The notes: generated by a model from the sequence alone, not told the origin. Shown: positions 9,928-19,707, numbered from the stretch's first letter. The stretch is DNA of 64,000 nucleotides from an uncultured Bacteroides sp. (GCA_944320945.1 CALUJK010000072.1:2477-66476); one strand, 5' to 3'. Numbers and translations are program-made.

Positions 9928-10129
9928 AATAAAATATGCAGACAAAAGAACGCCCCATACATAGGCCGTTTGTTCCGAAGCCTTTCCGAACGTGCTCCGA
10001 AGCCTTTGCGAGCGCGCTCCGTATATATTTCGTTCGCGTTCCGAAAGGCTTCGGAACAAATCCCCGCCAGAACACCTTCTGAGCGGGGATAAGAGGAGTT
10101 TTTCGGAAAGTAATGTATTTATACAAAAT
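9928..10129 (-). repeat. Dispersed ~202-bp structured repeat, copy 1 (reverse orientation)
   Basis: Reverse complement aligns by eye with 38172-38372 and 53693-53894 (TTTGTATAaATACATTAC ... CTCAGAAGG ... CCGAAGCCTTTCGG ... CATATTTTATT). Confidence 0.9.
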
Positions 10130-10135
10130 CCAACT

Positions 10136-11206
10136 TTAAAACAATCCATTAGGCACAAGTCCTAAAGAATTGATAGACTCAAAAGCATTCGAAAGATTCT
10201 CATAGACTTTCAAGACATCATTATAATCCCAAAGTTTTAAGTCTTGGATACCTTTTACAGCAGCAGCTTCTTTCTTGATTTTTTCAAGTTGGGCGGCATC
10301 AGACACTGCAACAATCCCCTGCACAGAAGGATTGTTTTTCGATTTCAACAAATTGAGGATGAGAGAATCTATACTGCCTTTTGTTTGAACTTCAAACACA
10401 TAAGTAATACGTCCCATATTACTGACCGAAACTTCCCAAATGGCATCCACCACAGCACCTTCTGCAATTTTCTTTTCTACACCAGCTTTGAAGCCAAGGA
10501 GTTCCCCTATGTCCCGAATACGGTCTCTCACATCATTATGAACAAACATAGATTCTTTGGCTGTCTTAGGCAATACTGTTGTCTCAACAAGTGTATCAGG
10601 ATTAACATCCTGCATTTCTTGCCATATAAAATAATCGAGCGCCAATAAATCATCCACTTCCCCCACTCCATTTTTTTTAGCATACTGAACCAATTCACAT
10701 CCTTTTTTACACAAATAAGCATACCTTTTACCATCAATGAGACTTGACGTTTTGGGCACATTCTCTATTTCAAGTAAATTAAAACCTGTCTGCGCCTTTG
10801 CATTCCAAAGAATATATTTATCTGGAGCAAATTTTGTCAGAATTTCACTCATTGCAGCAGGTCCAACTCCTTTTATATTATCCCTAAAACTATCCCAACG
10901 TTTCTCTACACCATCCTTACCATAAAGCAGATTTTTCAATTCCTTACGAATCAAGGTCATCCCATTATTTTCTATGATTTGGTCTATCTTATAATGCTTA
11001 TTCCCCCACATACTCATTGCCCAAAGAGAAGACATCAGATTATAAAAATCCTCTTCTGTCAATGAAGACAGCCTTCCTTCTGTATAAGATTGGACTTTTT
11101 CACAATATAGCCTACGCTCTTGTATGTCCTGCTTCAATCTCTCGCTATTGGCAACACACCAATTTTTATAACGCTTGAGTAGCGCATCATACCTTTCAGA
11201 ATTCAT
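10136..11206 (-). CDS. AT-rich hypothetical protein: HhH-like N-domain plus PD-(D/E)XK-like nuclease C-domain
   Basis: IKGVGPAAMSEIL hairpin motif; C-terminal HNDVRDRIRDIGELLGF...VDAIW...FEVQ; visibly more AT-rich than its neighbours. Confidence 0.55.
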   Translation of the reverse strand: MNSERYDALLKRYKNWCVANSERLKQDIQERRLYCEKVQSYTEGRLSSLTEEDFYNLMSSLWAMSMWGNKHYKIDQIIENNGMTLIRKELKNLLYGKDGVEKRWDSFRDNIKGVGPAAMSEILTKFAPDKYILWNAKAQTGFNLLEIENVPKTSSLIDGKRYAYLCKKGCELVQYAKKNGVGEVDDLLALDYFIWQEMQDVNPDTLVETTVLPKTAKESMFVHNDVRDRIRDIGELLGFKAGVEKKIAEGAVVDAIWEVSVSNMGRITYVFEVQTKGSIDSLILNLLKSKNNPSVQGIVAVSDAAQLEKIKKEAAAVKGIQDLKLWDYNDVLKVYENLSNAFESINSLGLVPNGLF

Positions 11207-11359
11207 GATTATCTTTTTAATATGTTAAAAATAAAAGTTCAACACCTTTATAAGTGTTTCTTTTCCCCATCAAAATACTCATCTTTAGCAGTGCACCCAA
11301 AATATTTTTCTCCGGCAAAACAAAAGGAACACTTGGCAAATTTTCAAAAATCATCCTTA

Positions 11360-13483
11360 TCACCGTGAGAAGCAATACCCCCGCGTCGCCCCCGCATAAA
11401 TCGGGTCTTCCGACGGTTGATGATGGACTGACCAATACGCATTACCTTTCTTCAATATATCTACTTGGACAGGCTGCATCGTCTGACCGGGGTCTGCGAC
11501 ATGCAACGTAGGACGTTCCGTTCCCAGGCCTTTGAGCAGCAATGCGCAGGGGTGGTCTACTTTCACCGTAAAGTCACCGCAAGTCACTTTACCGGGCGCA
11601 TAGAACACCACTTGCAGCTGATTCAAAGCACGATGCCGCACGGCCTGCACGTCGGGCACATTGGCTACAATCTCCACGGGCACATTCTCCGCATACTTCT
11701 GCATATCCGCTGCCGTAGCCTTGCCCGGCACTACAACATACGCGTATGTGCCTGCCACCGGACGCATGCCATGCGCCAGCCCCAACGTAAAGACATCTTT
11801 CTCAATCGGCTCTTTCCGAGAAATACTATTATTGATGTCATACCAACTGCCTGACTGACGGGCACAACCCACCAACACCTTTCCACCGGCAGGGAAATAA
11901 TAACCGATGCTGTCATGCAACACCCACTCCGGTGACTGATAGACAGCAGGCTGACCGGACACAGACACCTGTTTACCATCCACCGACGCCACAATGCCCG
12001 AAACCGACGCCAAAGACTGGTTCACCGTGGTCAGCACCTCTGCATCGGCACCGGAATGAATGCCCGCTCCCAAGCAGACCACTTCATTGTCAAAGAAGAA
12101 CCACGCCTTATGCGCTCCCGTCCGTATATTCCGATAGTCATCCTGATACGCATACGCCGTCACCCCATACAAGCTGTCTGACACGCCACCGGCAAACGTA
12201 GAGGTGCCGGGCGTCTGCCAGTCACTCTTAGCCAAGGGAATCGTATCCAACTGGGGAGCAGTCGTACCGGGAATCCGGCTCCAATTCCAAGCCGGGAAGA
12301 TGTCTTTATATTCGTCTCCCCGACGCACGATGTTGGTACATCCGTCAGACAAAAAATAAGTTTTGAGGTTCTCCCCGTTGCCATACTCCAACCGGGAAGT
12401 GCGTGTGGACACCATACGGACATCAAACGTATAGGCGGGACGCACATGAAGCGTATAGTCACCCCGGAAGTAGTGCGTATGGAACGGACGTATGGCATAA
12501 TCGGCAGGCTGTCTGCCCTCCAAACGGGCAATGATGTTACGGAACTCATCGGCATGAGCCGGATCCAGTTCCACCATGCGCTTGGCAAAGAGTGCCATTC
12601 CCGATTTGTCGGGTACCCCCGGCCGGCTTACGCTGCGCCCCATCACGTCGAACAACATATAATGGCCGCGGATGGTGGGATAGTATGTCTCCCGCATGAA
12701 TTTGCTGATAAGTGCAATCTTCTCTTCGGGCATGGCATAACGGGTACCTTTCGTGTACATGGCCACTTGGGTAACCCCTTTCAGGATTTCATCGCCATAA
12801 CCGCCGATATACAGTTGGGTACCGTGCTGAAAATTACTATTATCGTGCTGGAAGCCTTCGCCGGTGGTATAGACGACCGGATTATAGACATTCTCCAACG
12901 CATACGACAAATCTTCCGCATTGCGACTAAGGCAGGCGCGGTAAATCCAGTGCAGGGCAATATCGGTACGGTTGGCTCCCGTCCATTTGGCCGGGTCGCC
13001 GCCGTCGGCCTTTATGCGGGCCAGCAGTTTGTTTTCCAGTTCGGCAGGCAGTTGTTTTTCGCCGGCACGCATCTGGATAAGGAGTACTCCCAATGCCTGC
13101 GGTTCGGCTATCTGGTTATACCACCAGTTATGACACCACGGATTACGCTCGTGCCAAAACTCCAATCCTTGTTCAATCTTGTCATACAGGGCAGAGGAAC
13201 GGTAATACTTGCTTTTCGGGTCTGTATAAGCATAGACGAAATCCGAAATGCGTTCCACATGTACCAGCGGTGGCCAGTAGGTACGCTGAATGCTGTTGTA
13301 GTCCACATCGGCAAACGACCCGTTTTTATCGTCATACTTCGCCAGTGCCTCCTCTATGGAGGGATGTTTTACAAAGTCCTGACGAATCTTTTGCATAAGT
13401 ATCTCAAATTCATCGGAACGTTGTCCAAAAACGTTTACAGTTCCCATCAGGAGACTGAAAACCAGTAGTAGCAGTGTTTTCAT
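11360..13483 (-). CDS. Polysaccharide lyase family 8 (chondroitin AC/hyaluronate lyase-like)
   Basis: NWWYNQI, TGANRTD, EGFQHDNSNFQHG-QLYIGGYG, MGRSVSR, NGENLK, WNWSRIPGTT, AHKAWFFFD. Confidence 0.92.
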   Translation of the reverse strand: MKTLLLLVFSLLMGTVNVFGQRSDEFEILMQKIRQDFVKHPSIEEALAKYDDKNGSFADVDYNSIQRTYWPPLVHVERISDFVYAYTDPKSKYYRSSALYDKIEQGLEFWHERNPWCHNWWYNQIAEPQALGVLLIQMRAGEKQLPAELENKLLARIKADGGDPAKWTGANRTDIALHWIYRACLSRNAEDLSYALENVYNPVVYTTGEGFQHDNSNFQHGTQLYIGGYGDEILKGVTQVAMYTKGTRYAMPEEKIALISKFMRETYYPTIRGHYMLFDVMGRSVSRPGVPDKSGMALFAKRMVELDPAHADEFRNIIARLEGRQPADYAIRPFHTHYFRGDYTLHVRPAYTFDVRMVSTRTSRLEYGNGENLKTYFLSDGCTNIVRRGDEYKDIFPAWNWSRIPGTTAPQLDTIPLAKSDWQTPGTSTFAGGVSDSLYGVTAYAYQDDYRNIRTGAHKAWFFFDNEVVCLGAGIHSGADAEVLTTVNQSLASVSGIVASVDGKQVSVSGQPAVYQSPEWVLHDSIGYYFPAGGKVLVGCARQSGSWYDINNSISRKEPIEKDVFTLGLAHGMRPVAGTYAYVVVPGKATAADMQKYAENVPVEIVANVPDVQAVRHRALNQLQVVFYAPGKVTCGDFTVKVDHPCALLLKGLGTERPTLHVADPGQTMQPVQVDILKKGNAYWSVHHQPSEDPIYAGATRGYCFSR

Positions 13484-13737
13484 TGTTAATGGTTAGAATT
13501 ATAGTTTGGGTTAATAATATGAACGTTCAACGACTGATTCACAGAATGCTGACATCACTTGCGCAAAAATAGGAAAACTTTTGTGATTAAGCAGTTACAA
13601 GGCAGACATAAACTTAGTCAGCCGAAGCCGTTAAGTTTTGAAAATCTTTTTGAAAAAGATAAGGAAGGGATTGGAAAGATTTCGCCGACTGAAAGATTTC
13701 CGCGTAATTTGCACGCATTTTTTTAAAAGGAATCATT

Positions 13738-14970
13738 ATGTCTGATAAGAATTCAAAACTCTTTTTATTGATACTATTGGGCATGCTCACAGCTTTCGGC
13801 CCGTTTGTCACGGATATGTATCTGCCCAGTCTGCCCTCTATGGGCGAATATTTCGGCACCACTTCATCAATGGTGCAGTTAGGCCTGACCACCAGCATGA
13901 TAGGACTGGCTATCGGTCAGGTGTTTTTTGGCCCGTTGAGCGACCGCTACGGACGACGCCTGCCCCTGTTGGCAGCCATGTGGTTGTTTCTTGCTTCTAC
14001 TCTACTGTGCCTGTATGCGCAGGACATCCATCAGTTCGTAGCGTTCCGTCTGTTACAGGGCATTGCCGGTGCGGGAGGAATCGTTATTTCCCGTTCGGTA
14101 GCTACGGACAAATTCTCCGGACGCGAGCTGGCCAAGATGCTGGCAGTCATCGGTGCGATTAACGGAATAGCTCCGGTGGCAGCACCGATTGTAGGCGGTG
14201 TGTTTACAGACTTGATAGGCTGGCAGGGCATCTTCTGGATTCTGTTCGGATTAGGTGTCGTGCTGCTGGCAGCCTGCTTCCATTTTCAGGAATCGTTGCC
14301 GCGCGAACACCGGCTGGCGTCACGGTGGAGTGATACGTTCCGCAGCTTCTCCGTCGTGTTACGCGACCGTCAGTACGTGTGCTACGTTCTTCAGATGGCT
14401 TTTGCGCAAGGCGTTCTGTTTGCCAACATCGCTTCCTCGCCTTTTATCGTGCAGCAGCACTACGGTTTCTCGGCCTTTGCGTTCAGCCTCTGTTTCGGTG
14501 TCAATGCCCTGATGATAGGCGTGGGTGCGGCGTTATCCGTCAAGTTTCACCGGCAGGAGAGCAGTACATTGGCAGGCTGTTGCGGCATGGTGGTAATAGC
14601 TGTAAGCCAATGCCTGGCCTTGATGTTGGGATGCAGCTTTTGGGTATATGAGGGGCTGATGCTGTTCTTGCTGTTCTTCATGGGACTGACCTTTACCTCT
14701 ACCACGGCATTGGCCATGGACTGCCAGCGCGAAAATGCAGGAACGGCTTCGGCCTTGCTGGGAGCCATCTGTTTTGCTGCAGGTGGTGTCGTTTCCCCGT
14801 TGGTAGGCTTAGGGAACATCCTTTCGTCCACCGGCATTATCTTTGTTGTCTGCGCTTTCTGTTCGTTGTTCTGCATGCTGATAGCGTTAGGCCGCCGCCG
14901 TACACGTGTTTACTTTGCATTCAGTACGTTTTTTCAAAATAGTCTGCGGTTCCACACAAACCGCACCTAA
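13738..14970 (+). CDS. Bcr/CflA-family MFS efflux transporter
   Basis: GPFVTDMYLPSLP and GPLSDRYGRR motifs, about 12 TM segments. Confidence 0.92.
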   Translation: MSDKNSKLFLLILLGMLTAFGPFVTDMYLPSLPSMGEYFGTTSSMVQLGLTTSMIGLAIGQVFFGPLSDRYGRRLPLLAAMWLFLASTLLCLYAQDIHQFVAFRLLQGIAGAGGIVISRSVATDKFSGRELAKMLAVIGAINGIAPVAAPIVGGVFTDLIGWQGIFWILFGLGVVLLAACFHFQESLPREHRLASRWSDTFRSFSVVLRDRQYVCYVLQMAFAQGVLFANIASSPFIVQQHYGFSAFAFSLCFGVNALMIGVGAALSVKFHRQESSTLAGCCGMVVIAVSQCLALMLGCSFWVYEGLMLFLLFFMGLTFTSTTALAMDCQRENAGTASALLGAICFAAGGVVSPLVGLGNILSSTGIIFVVCAFCSLFCMLIALGRRRTRVYFAFSTFFQNSLRFHTNRT

Positions 14971-15007
14971 AAAAGAAGTATATTTGTGCAATATAAATTC
15001 ACAAAAA

Positions 15008-15769
15008 ATGAGACGACTTTATCCTACATTCATCGCCGCGGCACTAACAGCCGCCCTATTGGCATCCTGCCGTCCGGCTTACAAAGTCACGAATGCCGAA
15101 GTGACACGAATCCCCATAGACAGTACACTGGACGCGCAGCCGGATGCCGAAACAGCCGCCATGCTGGTGGCTTATAAAGCACAGGTGGACAGCATTATGC
15201 AAGAGGTGGTAGGCAACGCCGCACAATCTATGGACGTCAAGCGGCCGGAGAGCCTGCTGTCCAACCTCATTGCCGACGTGCTGCGCGAAGCGGCCACCGA
15301 CGTACTGGGCCACCCCGCTGACGCCGGACTGGTAAACATGGGAGGCATACGAAACGTGCTGACAAAAGGCCCTATCACGATGGAAAACATTTTCGAGATT
15401 CTGCCGTTTGAAAATTCACTCTGCGTGCTTACGATGAAGGGCAGTGCCTTGAAACAACTCTGCGCGGATATTGCTGCCAAAGGCGGCGAGGGCATCAGCG
15501 GCATCCGGCTGGAAATATCCAAAGAGCGAAAACTGCTGAAAGCTACCATCGGCGGGAAACCGATAGCCGACGACCACACCTATACGTTATCCACCATCGA
15601 CTACTTGGCAGACGGCAACGATGGAATGACCTCCTGTCAACTGGCAGAGACACGCACCTGTCCGCCCGGTGCCACGCTGCGCAGCCTCTTCCTGAACTAC
15701 GTCAAGAGACTGGCGGCAAAGGGTGAATCCGTTTCATCGAAAATGGACGGGCGCATCACCATGAAATAA
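15008..15769 (+). CDS. 5'-nucleotidase C-terminal-domain lipoprotein
   Basis: Lipobox LLASC; ESLLSNLIAD, NMGGIR, EILPFEN, DYLADGNDG. Confidence 0.88.
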   Translation: MRRLYPTFIAAALTAALLASCRPAYKVTNAEVTRIPIDSTLDAQPDAETAAMLVAYKAQVDSIMQEVVGNAAQSMDVKRPESLLSNLIADVLREAATDVLGHPADAGLVNMGGIRNVLTKGPITMENIFEILPFENSLCVLTMKGSALKQLCADIAAKGGEGISGIRLEISKERKLLKATIGGKPIADDHTYTLSTIDYLADGNDGMTSCQLAETRTCPPGATLRSLFLNYVKRLAAKGESVSSKMDGRITMK

Positions 15770-15818
15770 TATCTATATATTATAATGTATCATCATGCAA
15801 AACAGGAGTTTTAGATAT

Positions 15819-16664
15819 ATGAAACGCGCTTTTTACTTAGGTATATTTCTGCTGGTGTGCGTACTGACCGCATCGGCACAGACAAAGGAATTGTTCATCC
15901 TGCACTCCAGCGACACGCACAGCCGCATTGAGCCGGTCAGTCCCCAAGCGGCCGACCCGAATGCCGGTATGGGCGGTGCCGTGCGCCGTGCCACGTTGGT
16001 GAAGCAATATCGGGAGCAGCATCCCGACATGCTGTTGTTTGACTGCGGGGACTTCTCGCAAGGGACACCGTATTACAACGTGTTCCAAGGCGAAGTGGAA
16101 ATCAAGATGATGAACCGGATGCACTATGACGCCATGACTATCGGCAATCATGAATTCGACTTCGGATTGGACAACATGGCACGCCTTTACCGCATGGCAG
16201 AATTCCCCGTAGTATGTGCCAACTATGATGTGACGGGAACCGTGTTGCAGGACCTTGTAAAGCCTTACGTTGTATTGACCCGCAACGGCCTGCGCATCGG
16301 CGTATTCGGCCTTTCGCCCCAACTGGAAGGGTTGGTACAGGCAGACAAATGCGAAGGGGTGACTTACAGCGACCCGGTGCCGGCCGCACAAAAAGTGGTA
16401 AAACAGCTGCGCGAACAGGAGAAGTGTGACGTTGTTATCTGCCTTTCGCATCTGGGCATCCGCACCGGCATTGAGGGAGACGACGAACGGCTGGCTGCCG
16501 AGACCGAAGGTATCGACCTCATTCTGGGTGGACACACACATACATTCATGGAAAAACCGATTTTCTATGAAAACGCCGCAGGACAACAGGTACCCGTGAT
16601 GCACATCGGCAAAAACGGGGTATTTGTCAGCGAAAGTCACTTGACATTGGAAAAGGAGAAATAA
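15819..16664 (+). CDS. 5'-nucleotidase N-terminal metallophosphoesterase
   Basis: HSSDTHS, DCGDFSQG, GNHEFD, LSHLG, GGHTH motifs. Confidence 0.9.
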   Translation: MKRAFYLGIFLLVCVLTASAQTKELFILHSSDTHSRIEPVSPQAADPNAGMGGAVRRATLVKQYREQHPDMLLFDCGDFSQGTPYYNVFQGEVEIKMMNRMHYDAMTIGNHEFDFGLDNMARLYRMAEFPVVCANYDVTGTVLQDLVKPYVVLTRNGLRIGVFGLSPQLEGLVQADKCEGVTYSDPVPAAQKVVKQLREQEKCDVVICLSHLGIRTGIEGDDERLAAETEGIDLILGGHTHTFMEKPIFYENAAGQQVPVMHIGKNGVFVSESHLTLEKEK

Positions 16665-16667
16665 GCT

Positions 16668-19640
16668 ATGAAAAGATTGTTGTTCATCTTATCGCTGGTC
16701 GGCAGTGTGTTATGTGCCAACGCAGCGCCGACACCGATTAACGAGCGGTTGCAAAGCGCCGATTGCCGGCATTGGGTAGACTCTGTGTTCTCCACCCTGA
16801 GCCTGAAAGAGCGCATCGGGCAACTCTTTGTGTACACCATTGCTCCACAGCAGGACAAACAGAACCTGGAGTTGCTGCGCAAGGTGGTGGAAGATTATAA
16901 GGTAGGAGGTCTGCTCTTTTCCGGCGGCAAGGCACACAATCAGGCAGTACTGACCAACCGCGCACAAAAGATGGCGGAAGTACCGTTGCTCATCACTTTC
17001 GATGGCGAATGGGGAGTGGCCATGCGGCTGAAAGAGTTTCCTGCTTTCCCCAAAAACATGACACTGGGTTGTATACAGAACAACGGTTTGCTCTATGAAT
17101 ATGGGTGTGAAGTGGCTCACCAGATGCACGAGATGGGAGTTCAGGTGAACTTCGCACCGGTGGCTGATGTCAACATCAATCCCAAGAATCCGGTTATCAA
17201 TGTACGTTCGTTCGGGGCAGACCCCGGTAACGTGGCACGCAAGGTGGTGGCTTACTCCAAAGGATTGGAAGAAAACGGGATTCTATCTGTTGCCAAACAC
17301 TTTCCCGGACACGGTGACACCGAGGTGGATTCACACAAGGCGCTCCCTACCCTGTCTTTTACACGGGAGAGGCTGGAGAGCACCGAACTTTATCCGTTTA
17401 AAGAGGTGATTCGTGCCGGACTGAACGGCATTATGGTGGGACATCTGAATGTACCTGCATTGGAAAGCAAACCTAACACGCCGGCTTCCCTGTCACGTGA
17501 CATCATTACCGATGTACTGAAGAAAGAAATGGGATTCCAAGGGATGGTATTTACCGATGCACTCAACATGAAGGGGGTAGGCGTCAGCGGTACCCTCTGT
17601 CTGCGTGCCTTGCAGGCAGGAAATGACATGTTACTGGTACCCAGCCGCATCAAGGAAGAGGTAGAGGCCATCCACAAGGCGGTGAAACGAGGCGAACTCA
17701 GCCAAGAGGAAATCAATCAGAAATGCCGTAAGGTATTGGCTTACAAATATGCTTTAGGATTGGCCAAGCGATCTCCCATCCAGCTATCCGGACTGGAGCA
17801 GCGCATCAATACGCCGGAACTGCATGACCTGATAGCCCGCCTGAACCGAGCGGCCGTGACGGTATTGCAGAATCGGGCGGAGGTGTTACCGTTGGACCGC
17901 GTCATCAAGCATGTAGCTGTATTGCATGTGGGGACTGCGGGACGAGCCAAAGCATTTATCGAACAAATGTCGGTTTATGCTAATCCCGTTGAGTTTGAGT
18001 TGCCCAAGAATGCCACTGCCGCCCAATGTGCAGACTTGAAAAAGAAATTGGCTGCCTATAAGCGCATCGTAGTGTGTGTGTCGGAAGAACGGCTGAGTGC
18101 TTATCAGAATTTCTTTAGTGACTTCCGTCCCAAAGCGCCGACTGTGTACGCGTTCTTCACTACGGGGAAAGAGATGCCTCGTCTGCAACAGGCGGTATCG
18201 GCTGCCGATGCTGTGATATTGGGACATAGTACGGCGGATGAAGTGCAGAAGCACGTAGCACAGGTTTTATATGGCGGGGCAACGGCGGACGGACGGTTAT
18301 CGGCTTCTATCGGCAATCTGTTTGCCACGGGAGCGGGGGTAACCATCGGCCCGATGACACCACCGCGATTTGTGCCCGAAGAATATGGCATGAACTCAGA
18401 CAGTTTGGCACGTATCGACTCCATTGCGATGGAAGGCATCCGGAAAGCGGCTTATCCGGGCTGTCAGGTGGTGATACTGAAGAATGGGAAACCTATTTAT
18501 GACAAGGCATTCGGTACTCACACAGGAACGGGGTCCACATCGGTACGCCCGACAGATGTATATGACTTGGCATCGCTTACCAAGACCAGTGCCACACTAC
18601 TGGCTGTGATGAAACTGTATGAAACGGGGAAAATCAACCTTACGACCCGTCTGTCGGAGTATCTGCCTTTTCTGCAAGGAACGAATAAACAGAACATCAC
18701 CGTACGCGACGTGTTGTTTCATGAGTCGGGCTTGCCTTCTACTATCTTATTCTATCTGGATGCTATCGACAAAGAAAGTTATAAGACAACTCTGTTCAAA
18801 AGCCGGAAAGACCAGGAGCACACGGTGCGTATCGGGTCACAGACGTGGGGCACTCCCCACTTTCAGTTTCGCAAGGGGCTGACATCGCCGACACGTACAG
18901 ATTCGTGCACGCTTCAAATCTGTGATAATCTGTGGCTGAATGCCAAATTCAAAAAGGAGTATCTTCAGAAGATTGCCGATGCGCCTTTGTTAAGTCGGCG
19001 GTATCGGTATAGCTGTGTGGGATTCATCCTGCTGCAACAACTGGTGGAAACACGGACGGGAATGGGACTGGATGAGTATGTAGCGCAGGAATTCTATCGT
19101 CCGATGGGGCTGAAACGGACGGGGTATCTGCCCTTACGTTTTTTACCTAAAGAGGAAATTATCCCTTCGACTAATGACTCATTCCTGCGCAAGAGTAAAT
19201 TGCAGGGATTTGTACACGATGAATCGGCAGCCTTTCAGGGAGGTGTATCGGGTAATGCCGGACTTTTCTCCACTGCCGAGGAGGTGGCACGCATCTACCA
19301 AATGTTGCTGAATGGCGGGGAACTGGATGGCAAACGGTATCTCAGTGAAAAGACTTGCCGCACTTTTACCTCTACCATCTCCCGACTGAGCCGACGTGCA
19401 TTGGGGTTTGATAAGCCTGATATGCGCAATCCCAAGAAAAGTCCCTGTGCACCGGAAGCGCCGGCATCGGTATTCGGGCATATCGGCTTTACCGGTACCT
19501 GTGCTTGGGTAGACCCGGATAATAAGCTGGTGTACGTATTCTTGAGCAATCGCACTTACCCTCATGCTTGGAACAGCAAACTAATAAAACTGAATATACG
19601 CGGACGGATACAAGAAGCAATGTATCACGCGTTGTTATAA
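16668..19640 (+). CDS. GH3 beta-N-acetylglucosaminidase fused to beta-lactamase-like serine hydrolase
   Basis: DGEWG, KHFPGHGDTEVDSH, FTDALNM (GH3); DLASLTK, YRYSCVGF, GHIGFTG (serine hydrolase). Confidence 0.92.
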   Translation: MKRLLFILSLVGSVLCANAAPTPINERLQSADCRHWVDSVFSTLSLKERIGQLFVYTIAPQQDKQNLELLRKVVEDYKVGGLLFSGGKAHNQAVLTNRAQKMAEVPLLITFDGEWGVAMRLKEFPAFPKNMTLGCIQNNGLLYEYGCEVAHQMHEMGVQVNFAPVADVNINPKNPVINVRSFGADPGNVARKVVAYSKGLEENGILSVAKHFPGHGDTEVDSHKALPTLSFTRERLESTELYPFKEVIRAGLNGIMVGHLNVPALESKPNTPASLSRDIITDVLKKEMGFQGMVFTDALNMKGVGVSGTLCLRALQAGNDMLLVPSRIKEEVEAIHKAVKRGELSQEEINQKCRKVLAYKYALGLAKRSPIQLSGLEQRINTPELHDLIARLNRAAVTVLQNRAEVLPLDRVIKHVAVLHVGTAGRAKAFIEQMSVYANPVEFELPKNATAAQCADLKKKLAAYKRIVVCVSEERLSAYQNFFSDFRPKAPTVYAFFTTGKEMPRLQQAVSAADAVILGHSTADEVQKHVAQVLYGGATADGRLSASIGNLFATGAGVTIGPMTPPRFVPEEYGMNSDSLARIDSIAMEGIRKAAYPGCQVVILKNGKPIYDKAFGTHTGTGSTSVRPTDVYDLASLTKTSATLLAVMKLYETGKINLTTRLSEYLPFLQGTNKQNITVRDVLFHESGLPSTILFYLDAIDKESYKTTLFKSRKDQEHTVRIGSQTWGTPHFQFRKGLTSPTRTDSCTLQICDNLWLNAKFKKEYLQKIADAPLLSRRYRYSCVGFILLQQLVETRTGMGLDEYVAQEFYRPMGLKRTGYLPLRFLPKEEIIPSTNDSFLRKSKLQGFVHDESAAFQGGVSGNAGLFSTAEEVARIYQMLLNGGELDGKRYLSEKTCRTFTSTISRLSRRALGFDKPDMRNPKKSPCAPEAPASVFGHIGFTGTCAWVDPDNKLVYVFLSNRTYPHAWNSKLIKLNIRGRIQEAMYHALL

Positions 19641-19658
19641 AGAAAAGGATATAAAAAG

Positions 19659-19707
19659 AGCGGTGGCATGGCGGGAATCCCGGTTGGATTCCTGACATGC
19701 CACCGCT
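19659..19707 (-). terminator. Intrinsic terminator (long GC-rich hairpin)
   Basis: AGCGGTGGCATG...CATGCCACCGCT with upstream A-tract, between convergent genes. Confidence 0.8.

Noticed and set aside
9965-10060. 22-bp periodic units read as a mini-CRISPR or plasmid iterons
   Set aside because: Units are contiguous with no unique spacers, the whole block recurs at three loci, and no cas or rep gene is present.
9820-10158. ORFs 9820-10158 and 9854-10126 across repeat copy 1
   Set aside because: The equivalent frames are interrupted by stops in copy 3 (and one also in copy 2); treated as spurious.
15008-16664. 5'-nucleotidase split into two genes in reversed domain order
   Set aside because: Both ORFs are intact with their own signal peptides; this arrangement is usual in Bacteroidetes and is not a pseudogene.
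16668-19640. Beta-lactamase-like domain as an antibiotic resistance gene
   Set aside because: The GH3 plus serine-hydrolase fusion is a common Bacteroidetes hexosaminidase architecture; nothing indicates beta-lactamase activity.
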